This document shows positions 41,176 to 50,335 of a DNA stretch of 64,000 nt, piece after piece (positions within the stretch are counted from its first letter, which is position 1; each line of letters begins with the position of its first letter). A program made the position numbers and the translations under genes. The notes below the pieces were generated by a model. The model saw nothing but the letters and a program-made list of their open reading frames with translations. It searched no databases and had not been told where the DNA came from. The DNA is from a virus (lineage: Duplodnaviria; Heunggongvirae; Uroviricota; Caudoviricetes). The stretch lies in IMG/VR virus record IMGVR_UViG_3300031088_000799; one strand, 5' to 3'.

Positions 41176-42270
41176 ATGGGTGGTAATGCACTGGCTCTAG
41201 CCGTAGTAAACGGCAAACCTGAACGAGTAGGTGTTCAATCTAAACGCCTACATAAAAAAGATTTTGATAACTTGACTGCCCAAGTAGTTAAAGTACTGAA
41301 CATCGCTATTCAAAAAGCTAATAGTCTTGGTGCTAGCATTGTTGATGCTCCACATGAAGTAAAAGCTTATCGTCAAAAAGAAACCTTTGGCGATCTTGAC
41401 CTATTGGTAGATGGTGAACTATTCCAATTTGTATCATATGATGAAATCATGGAAATGCTGCGTGTTGAATTCAATCATACAGGACCACTTCCTTACAAAC
41501 CAAAAGACAAAAATGATATGGTAATGAGTATTGGTTTGCCTTCCGACGAATCCAATGTGTATTTTCAATTGGACTTGATTGCCTCCAATCGAGATTACTA
41601 TAACTTCCAATCTTCTTATTTGAACTGGAATGATTTAGGCAACTTGGTTGGTGTAGTGGCCAGCTCTAATGGGTTCCTTAAATATGGTCATGATGGTCTA
41701 AGATATCTATTCAGAGATGGTGATAACCTCTTTGAAAGTATCGTATTAACCAATGATTGGAACAAAGCCTTGGATTTCTTTGGTTATTCAAAAGAGCGTT
41801 ATTATGCTGGTTTTGATAACCTGTTGGAAATCTATGAGTATGCAGCATCTAGTCGGTATTTCAGTCCAAGCCTGTATGCTTTTGAGAATCGTAACCATAC
41901 ACAGAGGACTCGTGACCGTAAACGTCCAACCTATAATGGTTTCTTAACTTGGATTGAAGAACAAGATGCGGTGGGTTATTTCAACAGTAAAACACCCATG
42001 AACAGTGAAAAATGGAAAGAAAGGGTCTATGAATTCTTCCCAGAGTTTAAAAAAGTGGAAAAAGAGACTTGGAATAAACTGGAACGTAGAAAGCTGTTCA
42101 AAGAATATTTCAATGGCACAAGATTATTAAAGTTCAAGACAGAACTGAAAAATAAAGAAATTAGTGATTATTTGAAAATACTTGAAAAAAGCGTTCCTAA
42201 TATTGAAGATTTCGTACTTCAAAACAAAGAAAATGCAATGGAAATGTTGGTAAAAATGAAAGAGTGCTGA
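41176..42270 (+). CDS. putative Pol-beta-superfamily nucleotidyltransferase
   Basis: TFGDLDLLVDG resembles the Pol-beta GDxDxL catalytic diad. A possible third acidic residue at FQLDLIA lies about 55 aa later. By-eye only. Confidence 0.35.
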   Translation: MGGNALALAVVNGKPERVGVQSKRLHKKDFDNLTAQVVKVLNIAIQKANSLGASIVDAPHEVKAYRQKETFGDLDLLVDGELFQFVSYDEIMEMLRVEFNHTGPLPYKPKDKNDMVMSIGLPSDESNVYFQLDLIASNRDYYNFQSSYLNWNDLGNLVGVVASSNGFLKYGHDGLRYLFRDGDNLFESIVLTNDWNKALDFFGYSKERYYAGFDNLLEIYEYAASSRYFSPSLYAFENRNHTQRTRDRKRPTYNGFLTWIEEQDAVGYFNSKTPMNSEKWKERVYEFFPEFKKVEKETWNKLERRKLFKEYFNGTRLLKFKTELKNKEISDYLKILEKSVPNIEDFVLQNKENAMEMLVKMKEC

Positions 42271-42301
42271 GCACTCTTTTTTACTAGAGATCAAATTAAA
42301 T

Positions 42302-43060
42302 ATGTTCAAAATATTAATGCCACCAGAAAATTATCACGATAACATTCAACATAAATTTTTATCTATAGATACAGAAGATAACGACTGTAAAAGTTTGTTT
42401 AAAGCTATCAGTAGAAACATGAAGCATTATTTTTCTATGCATTTAAATACGATTGAAAAAAATCATGAATCTTATCGAATCATAGGGGATAGATGGGCGG
42501 ATATGAATGTAGGTGCCGCCCCTAAGAAAGATGAGTGTATTGAAATTTCTGATGTAAAGAATAACAATTCGTATATCTATAAAAATTTTATAGAAAATCT
42601 TATGCGTAAAGCTCATGATAGAATGAACTTACCATTTCTTAACTACATCCCTGAAAAACATAAGAAAGCAGAATTTGTATTTTCAGACTTCTATAATGAT
42701 AAAAAAATAAGAGTTACATACTATACATCACCTGTTATGTTGACTATGTGCTTTAACAAAGACAGCTTAACAATTGTATATTTAATGAACTATGATACTC
42801 AAAAAATGATGCTAGAGATTCAATTGGATCATAATAAAAGTATTATTTCAACCGAAGTTTACTTTAATGATGCCCGCTCAAATGAAACCGAAATGATTTC
42901 ACTTAATACAAAACAATTAGACTGCTTAATCATACTCAGTCACTATACAGATAATGAAGAAATTGATTTCAATATAGAGCAATATGTAGATGCTATTTTA
43001 GAAGAAAATTATGATGTTTTTTTTAATTATGTGAAACTTAAAGAAATGATATATATTTAA
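42302..43060 (+). CDS. Ct-motif paralog family member on plus strand (...FNYVKLKEMIYI)
   Basis: 252 aa. Confidence 0.5.
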   Translation: MFKILMPPENYHDNIQHKFLSIDTEDNDCKSLFKAISRNMKHYFSMHLNTIEKNHESYRIIGDRWADMNVGAAPKKDECIEISDVKNNNSYIYKNFIENLMRKAHDRMNLPFLNYIPEKHKKAEFVFSDFYNDKKIRVTYYTSPVMLTMCFNKDSLTIVYLMNYDTQKMMLEIQLDHNKSIISTEVYFNDARSNETEMISLNTKQLDCLIILSHYTDNEEIDFNIEQYVDAILEENYDVFFNYVKLKEMIYI

Positions 43061-43081
43061 GGATAAAAAAATAAAAAACAG

Positions 43082-43110
43082 TTGACATTTTTGAAAATAA
43101 AGATCACAAT
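43082..43110 (+). promoter_or_regulatory. sigma70-like promoter of the thr-leader/thrS unit (TTGACA, 17-nt spacer, CACAAT)
   Basis: TTGACA at 43082-43087. -10-like hexamer 17 nt downstream. Confidence 0.45.
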
Positions 43111-43133
43111 ATAAGTAATTGGAGAAAATTCAG

Positions 43134-43211
43134 ATGAAATTATTTGCAGTAAACACAACGACTACAACAACTCAGTTTAATAGCTGGGATGGTCGATTGT
43201 TGCTGTCATAA
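43134..43211 (+). CDS. Thr-codon-rich leader peptide MKLFAVNTTTTTTQFNSWDGRLLLS (25 aa)
   Basis: SD GGAGA 9 nt upstream. Six consecutive Thr codons at 43155-43172. Followed by alternative antiterminator/terminator pairings. Confidence 0.55.
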   Translation: MKLFAVNTTTTTTQFNSWDGRLLLS

Positions 43212-43228
43212 AATAATCGGAACCATAG

Positions 43229-43257
43229 AACCCAGCTAAACGGCTGGGTTTTTTTAT
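43229..43257 (+). terminator. attenuator terminator (gaacccagc taaacg gctgggttt + T-run). Alternative antiterminator pairs 43181-43188 (tagctggg) with 43231-43238 (cccagcta).
   Basis: Strong hairpin plus T7 run 48 nt before the thrS start. An 8-bp competing stem lies upstream. Confidence 0.6.
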
Positions 43258-43304
43258 GCCTAAAATAAATGATTTACACAACGAAACTAACTAGGAGATA
43301 TAAA

Positions 43305-44483
43305 ATGAACGACAAATTAAACGAAGAAAAGAGATACATGCAAGTGGCCAAGGAAATGAATTTGTTCATGTTAGCAGAAAGTGCTGGAGTAGTGTACTGG
43401 AAACCAGAAGGTCTTAAATTGTATGAGAATTTAAAGTCTTTTATCCGTAAACACCATGAAGATGCTGGATACCTTGAAGTTAAAAGTCCATCTATTGTGG
43501 TACCTAATCTATTTGAACAATCTGGACATATGGATAAGTATAAAGACAACATGTTTTTCCTTAACTCATCCGAATCCAGTAACTACGCTTTACGTCCAAT
43601 GAGCTGTCCTAACCATATCCTTATCTATCAATCTGAAAAAAGAAGCTATCGTGAACTTCCACTCCCTATTTTTGAATTTGGTGAAGTATTCCGTAATGAA
43701 GCATCAGGTGCTCTACAAGTTTTATTTAGACAAAGACAATTCTGCCAAGATGATAGCCATGTTTTTGTAAATGAAGAAAATTTAATCAACTCCGTTAACC
43801 AATATATTCAGATGAGCCAAAAGGCATATGAAGAATTGGGGTTTAAAAAGATTAAATATGCAATTGCCCTACGACCAGAAAAACGTTTTGGTGATGATAA
43901 CTTATGGGATAAAGCAGAAGAATCATTAAGAGAAGCCTGCAGAATGAATAATCTTGACTTTGTAGAGAACGAAAATGACGGTGCTTTTTATGGGCCTAAA
44001 CTAGAACTTCAAGTTGAAGATAAACTGGGTAGATCATGGCAGCTCGGTGTTATTCAATTGGATTATGTATTACCAGAACGTTTTGGTCTTGAATACATTG
44101 ACGCTGACAACAAACCTAAGCGTCCTATTATTTTACACCATGCGGTTTTAGGTTCACTTGAAAGAATGATTGGTATTTTGTTAGAATCCTTTGGAAAAGA
44201 AATACCTGATTTCTTACATCCAGTGAAATCAGTTGTTATTCCTGTATCTGAAAAATCTATGAACTATGCACAAGTTGTGCTGTCACATTTAGATAAGAAG
44301 TCATCAAAGTTGGATCAAAGTGCAGATTCATTAGGTAAAAAAATACGCTACTGGAAAGAACGTGGTGTTCCTGAAATTATTGTAGTAGGAGAAGCTGAAC
44401 AACAAAAATATGAGCAAGAAGGCATTATTAGTTTTGTAGTGAATCGTGGAAATGTAAAAGAGGTCAAAGAAATAAAAAAGTAA
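43305..44483 (+). CDS. thrS: threonyl-tRNA synthetase, catalytic + anticodon-binding domains only (N-terminal TGS/editing domains absent)
   Basis: FRNEASGALQVLFRQRQFCQDDSHVFV matches ThrRS motif 2/3. Start MNDKLNE has SD AGGAGA. The protein corresponds to E. coli ThrRS residues ~240-642. Confidence 0.8.
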   Translation: MNDKLNEEKRYMQVAKEMNLFMLAESAGVVYWKPEGLKLYENLKSFIRKHHEDAGYLEVKSPSIVVPNLFEQSGHMDKYKDNMFFLNSSESSNYALRPMSCPNHILIYQSEKRSYRELPLPIFEFGEVFRNEASGALQVLFRQRQFCQDDSHVFVNEENLINSVNQYIQMSQKAYEELGFKKIKYAIALRPEKRFGDDNLWDKAEESLREACRMNNLDFVENENDGAFYGPKLELQVEDKLGRSWQLGVIQLDYVLPERFGLEYIDADNKPKRPIILHHAVLGSLERMIGILLESFGKEIPDFLHPVKSVVIPVSEKSMNYAQVVLSHLDKKSSKLDQSADSLGKKIRYWKERGVPEIIVVGEAEQQKYEQEGIISFVVNRGNVKEVKEIKK

Positions 44484-44492
44484 TGTAATCAG

Positions 44493-44520
44493 AAAAAGAG
44501 GCTTCGGCCTCTTTCTTATT
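44493..44520 (+). terminator. intrinsic terminator agaggcttcggcctct + T-run
   Basis: GC stem with a tetraloop-like ttcg. Confidence 0.65.
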
Positions 44521-45136
44521 GATAAAACATAATAATAGCTCTTTTTTCATCATCTGTCATTTCATTAACAGGCTTATCAAGAACCTGTTTAAAATAATAA
44601 TGTCTAAAAGCTTCATTAATAATATTGATTTGCTCATTAATATTATTAAATTTTAGATAACTGAATTCAAAGCGAATAATGCCAGCAGGTGTTTTCATTG
44701 CCATATATGGCAATGCAATAGGCCGTGGATTATCAGGTCTGAGAAAAAATACATTACTAAAAAAGAAACTTTTAGTATCTAATGTCAGATTTTCTTTATC
44801 TCTGGTATGTTTTTCAATCAAAATGACATTTTCTAAACAAGCTAAAAATAGTTTACGTGATTGAATATGTTCCGCCATATTCATAACAATATTACTTTCA
44901 TTTTTAGCATTTTTATAAAATTTAAATGTATTTTGAAAAAATAAATCATTTTCATCCAGCATATGCTCATCCATATCAAAAAATGATTCACCAACAATAA
45001 TGAAATTATTTTCAGCTAAAGCATCGTCAAAAGAAATTGTATTTAAATGCCTGTATATTTCACCATCACAATGTGTATAAGTATATTTATTGTTATTTAA
45101 GTTTTCCCTTAAAAAACGTTCAAAATTTTTAATCAT
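44516..45136 (-). CDS. Ct-motif family member, sub-clade (...DDEKRAIIMFYQ)
   Basis: 206 aa. One of three tandem paralogs. Confidence 0.5.
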   Translation of the reverse strand: MIKNFERFLRENLNNNKYTYTHCDGEIYRHLNTISFDDALAENNFIIVGESFFDMDEHMLDENDLFFQNTFKFYKNAKNESNIVMNMAEHIQSRKLFLACLENVILIEKHTRDKENLTLDTKSFFFSNVFFLRPDNPRPIALPYMAMKTPAGIIRFEFSYLKFNNINEQINIINEAFRHYYFKQVLDKPVNEMTDDEKRAIIMFYQ

Positions 45137-45145
45137 AAAAAGCCC

Positions 45146-45808
45146 TCAATAATAATACATCTTAACGATTTGCTTTTCTGATTTAGTAAGCTTATCTGTT
45201 GCACCCTTTTTTTCAATAACTTTTGAATAGTATCTAATAAAAAATTGATTGTCAATATTATTTCTTGCTGTTTCAAAACTATCTTTATCATTTTTGACAA
45301 CAACAAAGCATTCTGGAAACTGTTGAAAAGCTTTAAATTTAAATATTATTTTTTGATATACTTGTTTTTTTAAAGAATCAAAAACATAGACGGGAAATAT
45401 TTCAAATTGTTCAAAATCATAATAACCAAGTAATAAACGATTAGGAATATCAGTATTTATTAGGCGTAAATGATTTAAAATTAATCGGAATGATTGTTTA
45501 GCATAGAGGTTATCAATATGGCCTAAATAGACTTTATTTTTAGATGGTTTTGTAGATAAAAACTTTTTAGAAATTTCAAATGAGCATTCATGCTCAGTAT
45601 CATGTTTAAAATAAAATAAACGACCAATGGGATAATACTGATCAAACCCATCACTCAGTTTTGGAGTTCCATCAGGATTAATTCGTTCTTGGACAATGCT
45701 ATAACCAGCCGCAATATGATACCGATAACAATGATTACTTGTATCATTAAGTAAATAATCATTAAAAAATTGAACGTATGAAAGCAATGAAAGATCACTT
45801 TGTTCCAT
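45146..45808 (-). CDS. Ct-motif family member, sub-clade (...SEKQIVKMYYY)
   Basis: 220 aa. Confidence 0.5.
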   Translation of the reverse strand: MEQSDLSLLSYVQFFNDYLLNDTSNHCYRYHIAAGYSIVQERINPDGTPKLSDGFDQYYPIGRLFYFKHDTEHECSFEISKKFLSTKPSKNKVYLGHIDNLYAKQSFRLILNHLRLINTDIPNRLLLGYYDFEQFEIFPVYVFDSLKKQVYQKIIFKFKAFQQFPECFVVVKNDKDSFETARNNIDNQFFIRYYSKVIEKKGATDKLTKSEKQIVKMYYY

Positions 45809-46491
45809 TAAAAGTAAACCATCTTGATAAGATCTTGTTCCTGCTTGTTAAAAAATTTACCACGCTCAATTGTTTTACGCTCAATAATACCATCATAGAA
45901 GCGTTGTTGAAATTCTTTCTCCATTTCATCCATTGCTATTAAAAATTTATGATCATCATTTAAGATGGTAACAGTAACGTCTGGAAAGCCTTTAATAGCT
46001 TTAAAGGTAATGTTTGCACATTGACTTACAATATGACGAACATAACTGTATCGATAAAAATATGTCACTTTTATTTCTTGTGTTTCAAAGTTTGACACTT
46101 TGTGTTTTCGCTGCATAGCACCCGCAATGTTAAGTAGTTTTAGATGTCTTTTCAATCGACTGAAAAATTCTTTTGCGTGAAAGTCATTCAAATAATCAAA
46201 TTTAAAAGAATCTGTATTTTTTATTAATTGAAATGAAATTTCCTTATCAACTTCATCATGATAAGGGCAGTAGCTACTCAATAGAGCAATACAAACATAT
46301 TCATAATATTGATTATGTTTACCAGTATACACATCAAATGCTGATTTTATAATTTTAGAGCCATTTCTTAAAGGAAAACGAACAACCCCAGAGCTTTGAC
46401 CTTCGTATAAACAATCGGAAGTATTGTATTTAGACGAAAAATATTCTGCAAGCCTATCTCGATTTTTATTGTCACTCTGATAATTATTCAT
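45808..46491 (-). CDS. Ct-motif family member, sub-clade (...QEQDLIKMVYF)
   Basis: 227 aa. Confidence 0.5.
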   Translation of the reverse strand: MNNYQSDNKNRDRLAEYFSSKYNTSDCLYEGQSSGVVRFPLRNGSKIIKSAFDVYTGKHNQYYEYVCIALLSSYCPYHDEVDKEISFQLIKNTDSFKFDYLNDFHAKEFFSRLKRHLKLLNIAGAMQRKHKVSNFETQEIKVTYFYRYSYVRHIVSQCANITFKAIKGFPDVTVTILNDDHKFLIAMDEMEKEFQQRFYDGIIERKTIERGKFFNKQEQDLIKMVYF

Positions 46492-46577
46492 AATCGGTCC
46501 TTTTTAAATATAGTGATTATAACAGGAATAAACTCTGACATCAAGTTTTAAAAAACTGATAATTTAGACAAATAAAA

Positions 46578-46607
46578 AAACGGATGGAGAACCATCCGTT
46601 AATTCTA
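46578..46607 (-). terminator. intrinsic terminator 3' of the BI-1 gene (cggatgg agaa ccatccg)
   Basis: 7-bp stem. T-run on the minus strand. Confidence 0.65.
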
Positions 46608-46616
46608 AGTTATTGG

Positions 46617-47270
46617 TTAGTCTTTCTTACCCATAATTTCAAGGATTCGAAGGAACAAGTTAACAATGTCCATATACAAGATAGCTGCCGAGTCCACAGC
46701 GTTATCAACTGTTTTAGGCAAAGCTGCAGCTTTACCCCAATCATAACCAATATACCCACAGAAAATAGCAGCCACAATCCAATCCATAATAGGCAAGTCC
46801 ATTTTGAAAACAAATACCAAGACCAACTCAGCGATAATAGCAGCCAACAAGCCCCAGAACAAACCAGAAGCAATGCTTTCAAAGAACTTTGGATACGCAA
46901 CCCCCAATGCCATCATAATACAGGTAACAACCGTTGTAACTTGCATTGCATTGATTACAATATCTGGCGAATATTGAGAAGTTACAATATTAATGACCAG
47001 TCCAAAAGGAACTGCAACAAAGTTAAATCCAATAAAACTTACCACTGGATTTTCTGATTTGCTAAACAGGTATAGTCCAAAGAAACAACTTGCAAAATAG
47101 CCAACCAAGAAAACCCACATAGGCACAGCTAAAAGGCTTGATACTGGAATAGTTTTAACCATCATAATATTCATCAAAAAACCATACAACAGGACAGCAC
47201 CAATGATTAAATTATACATTCGAGCAGAAATAGTATTATCTGATGTGTAAGTAGTTCTTGCTGTTTTCAT
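46617..47270 (-). CDS. Bax-inhibitor-1/YccA (TMBIM) family membrane protein
   Basis: 7-TM profile. C-terminal signature GYDWGKAA...AILYMDIVNLFLRILEIMG is typical of the BI-1/YccA family. Confidence 0.75.
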   Translation of the reverse strand: MKTARTTYTSDNTISARMYNLIIGAVLLYGFLMNIMMVKTIPVSSLLAVPMWVFLVGYFASCFFGLYLFSKSENPVVSFIGFNFVAVPFGLVINIVTSQYSPDIVINAMQVTTVVTCIMMALGVAYPKFFESIASGLFWGLLAAIIAELVLVFVFKMDLPIMDWIVAAIFCGYIGYDWGKAAALPKTVDNAVDSAAILYMDIVNLFLRILEIMGKKD

Positions 47271-47339
47271 TTAAATTTAAAACTCCATTAGTTAATGTAA
47301 AGGCCATATTATAGCAAAAAATTAAGAGATGCACAATCT

Positions 47340-47897
47340 TTAAATACACACCATGCGAACTAAATCTCGCTCAGCTTCTGTCATAGTGCTAATAGGTTTA
47401 ATCAATTCTGCTGGCAATTCTTTAGCGAAAGAACTGGCATAATATTCTAAAATTTCTTGTTCAAATGATGCAATATCAGTATCTTTTGTTTCTAAAAGAG
47501 ACATATAATCATGACCATTGATAATTTCATCAAAATCAAAAGCATAAACTTTTTCAATTTTTCCATATACCGTAACAAAATGATAATCATAAGCTTTATA
47601 ACATTCTTGTCCTGATTGATTGAAAAGTTCATCATATGCTTTAATAAGATGACTCAATTGAGATTTAAAATGAAACTTTTCGGCAAGGTGTAACCCAAAT
47701 TTATGCCAAAGATTATGACGATAATCAAGACTGAAAGCATGAAACTCATTGCCAGTGTCAGAATACGCAATAGTTTGCTGCTGAATGAGGTTGGGTCTTT
47801 CTTTTTTGAAAGTTGATTTCTCAATACCATGAGCAACAAAGAAATCTTTAAGTTGGTCATAAATAATATTGTGTGAAAATGGATGCGTATCAATCAT
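47340..47897 (-). CDS. Ct-motif paralog family member (...MTEAERDLVRMVCI)
   Basis: 185 aa. Confidence 0.5.
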   Translation of the reverse strand: MIDTHPFSHNIIYDQLKDFFVAHGIEKSTFKKERPNLIQQQTIAYSDTGNEFHAFSLDYRHNLWHKFGLHLAEKFHFKSQLSHLIKAYDELFNQSGQECYKAYDYHFVTVYGKIEKVYAFDFDEIINGHDYMSLLETKDTDIASFEQEILEYYASSFAKELPAELIKPISTMTEAERDLVRMVCI

Positions 47898-48032
47898 ATT
47901 TTTGGTACCTTATGTTGAGCAGATAGTATAGCAAAATATACACGATAACACAACTTTGAAATAGACATCCCATTGTATTGAATTAATAGCAAACCATGTT
48001 AAAATTATTATAATATAACATCGATTATTATT

Positions 48033-48716
48033 ATGGCACACGAATATGTTGGAATGAAAAATTTTATTAGCACCGCTAACGAACTAAAAGATGCTCTTAT
48101 AGACCTTTACAAACAAAATGGGACACTGGAACAGTTTAAAAAAGTATTTGAAGATCTCAATCTTGTTGTGGATGATGGTCATTATGAAGTATTTAGCTTA
48201 CACAAAAAAGCACACATTCCATTTAATAGAGCGGCTGAAGAAATGGCGTTAACTACACTGTCAATCAGTGATTTGTATTATGAAAATTTACACACGAGTC
48301 CAGAACCATTAATGAATCCATCGTTTTCATCTACTGCCTTAAAAGAAGATGTCAATAAAATCTTAAAAGAGTATAGAGCGAATAATGAAGAAATTAAAGC
48401 TATACCTAACAAAAACGTGATGGGTAATCTAAAAAAATCAATGTTAGTAGATGCCTATGAAAAAACTGAATCAGATCTCTCTAAAGTCTTCAACAAATAT
48501 GGTATTACAACTACTTATGAGAACAATAAAACCATAATAAAGGCGTCTAAATATATTGATAAATTTCCTATTGGTGTTTTTGTAAATGTAAATAATTTGA
48601 TTTCTAGAAGCATCAACGAAAGTAACTTGTTGGATAAAAATTCAATAGATATGACCCATAACAAAGATCTTAAATTTGACGCAAAAGACAGAAAGAAAGG
48701 AATATTTTTAGCATAA
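48033..48716 (+). CDS. hypothetical protein
   Basis: 227 aa. Followed by the terminator aggcccattgaaatgggctt plus T-run (48714-48746). Confidence 0.5.
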   Translation: MAHEYVGMKNFISTANELKDALIDLYKQNGTLEQFKKVFEDLNLVVDDGHYEVFSLHKKAHIPFNRAAEEMALTTLSISDLYYENLHTSPEPLMNPSFSSTALKEDVNKILKEYRANNEEIKAIPNKNVMGNLKKSMLVDAYEKTESDLSKVFNKYGITTTYENNKTIIKASKYIDKFPIGVFVNVNNLISRSINESNLLDKNSIDMTHNKDLKFDAKDRKKGIFLA

Positions 48717-48757
48717 AAAAAGGCCCATTGAAATGGGCTTTTTTACTATCACCGTAA

Positions 48758-49378
48758 TTAAATTACATACATTAAGAAGACTTGCAACTCGTCAGCATTC
48801 ATCTTAGTAAGAGGTTTACGAAGTTCATGTGGAAGGTCTGCCATATATCTAATATAAACTTGATAAAAAAATTCATTGATAACATCATCATAAGCATTAT
48901 CATCCATGCCATCATATAAGATAATCTCAATTCCGTCATCATTTTCATCAAACGGATCAACTAAACGAACAATGCGAGCAACTTTTAGCAAACCATCCAA
49001 GTCAAAATAAAAATACTCTTCATAGTCATCAAAAGGGTCATTTGTTACATGGAGTATTTTAGCTATATCATGAATTTTTGTTAATACTGGAAATTGTATT
49101 TCACCCTCTATGACAATTTTATGGTTAGCGGAAGCATGAGAAACCAGTAGTTGTTCACAATTAGAAAGTCTCCAAAAAATACTGAAACAATCTACTGAAA
49201 TTTTGCCATAATCACAATAATTATTTTGTGTAGTCAGATCTTCCATAATGGCATCAATAGAATAAGTTGTTTCATTTGTTTTAAAAGTAATCGAAGAAAG
49301 ATAATGACGAATATCATCACGAGTATATTCACTCGAAATCTTGGGATAGTTCTTGTATTGAAAGAAATCAGAACTCAT
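48758..49378 (-). CDS. Ct-motif paralog family member (...MNADELQVFLMYVI)
   Basis: 206 aa. Confidence 0.5.
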   Translation of the reverse strand: MSSDFFQYKNYPKISSEYTRDDIRHYLSSITFKTNETTYSIDAIMEDLTTQNNYCDYGKISVDCFSIFWRLSNCEQLLVSHASANHKIVIEGEIQFPVLTKIHDIAKILHVTNDPFDDYEEYFYFDLDGLLKVARIVRLVDPFDENDDGIEIILYDGMDDNAYDDVINEFFYQVYIRYMADLPHELRKPLTKMNADELQVFLMYVI

Positions 49379-50265
49379 ATTGATTCCATCATCAGTAATG
49401 AGAAATAACGATTACGCATTTCTATATCATCTAAATCAATTTCATTTTTAGTTAACCCATAACGCTTTTTAATCACAGGGATCAGTCGGCTCATAAATTG
49501 ATCTACCATAGATTTTTCTAGTGTTTCCTTACAAACTGGGCGAGACATTGAAATCAAATCTTCATAGCATCGAGCAGCCAGTAAAGTTCGTGTAGTGTAG
49601 ATTTTATCTTCATGAATATCAATGATAAAACTAGCTTGATAATGTTGATCGAAATAAACATTAAAATCAAACATAGGTTTAACCTGATTATCTTTATCAT
49701 AATAAAAATGAATTCTTCCGAAAACTCTTGAATTTACAGGATGTTGATACAATCTGTTTTTCTTATAAGCCTTATTAAAAATTAATCTAGCTATCGTATA
49801 ATCATTACAAATATTCTCTTGAGTGTAAGAAGAATTAAAATAAACATAATTAAAAGGTTTTTTTTCAAAATTATTAGAGAAGTCTGAATGCAACGTTAAC
49901 AAACCTGCCGATTCAAGTTGAACAGCGACTGCAAAATACGCATTCGCCACTTTATCAATAGTATCTACATTGATTTTGAATGCGTTACAAAAATCTTTAT
50001 TAATGGTTGGAAAAGATTTACCATCAAAGTTATCAATTTTAAAAATAATTCTGGATTTATGAATAAAAGCATTAAAATAGTTAGCTTTTAGTGGGCTATC
50101 TAAATGAAAAACAAAATGACCAAACTGACCGTTCACGCCAACCCCTTCATGCGGGAATGAAACTGGAATATAATCTTTTAGACTATTGTAGATATTATGA
50201 GCCACCTGTCGCTCATTTTTAAAAAGGTCATTTTCAACGGACATAAATACTCCAAATTTTTGCAA
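49375..50265 (-). CDS. Ct-motif paralog family member (...MRNRYFSLLMMESI)
   Basis: 296 aa. 4-bp overlap with the downstream gene. Confidence 0.55.
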   Translation of the reverse strand: MQKFGVFMSVENDLFKNERQVAHNIYNSLKDYIPVSFPHEGVGVNGQFGHFVFHLDSPLKANYFNAFIHKSRIIFKIDNFDGKSFPTINKDFCNAFKINVDTIDKVANAYFAVAVQLESAGLLTLHSDFSNNFEKKPFNYVYFNSSYTQENICNDYTIARLIFNKAYKKNRLYQHPVNSRVFGRIHFYYDKDNQVKPMFDFNVYFDQHYQASFIIDIHEDKIYTTRTLLAARCYEDLISMSRPVCKETLEKSMVDQFMSRLIPVIKKRYGLTKNEIDLDDIEMRNRYFSLLMMESI

Positions 50266-50293
50266 TTATATCAAATCGAGAAACGATTGGCAA

Positions 50294-50326
50294 GAAAAAA
50301 GCCTCCTGAGAGGCTTTATGTTTTAC
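50294..50326 (-). terminator. intrinsic terminator 3' of ligA (gcctcctgagaggc)
   Basis: Hairpin. T-run on the minus strand. Confidence 0.6.
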
Positions 50327-50335
50327 TATTTTTTA

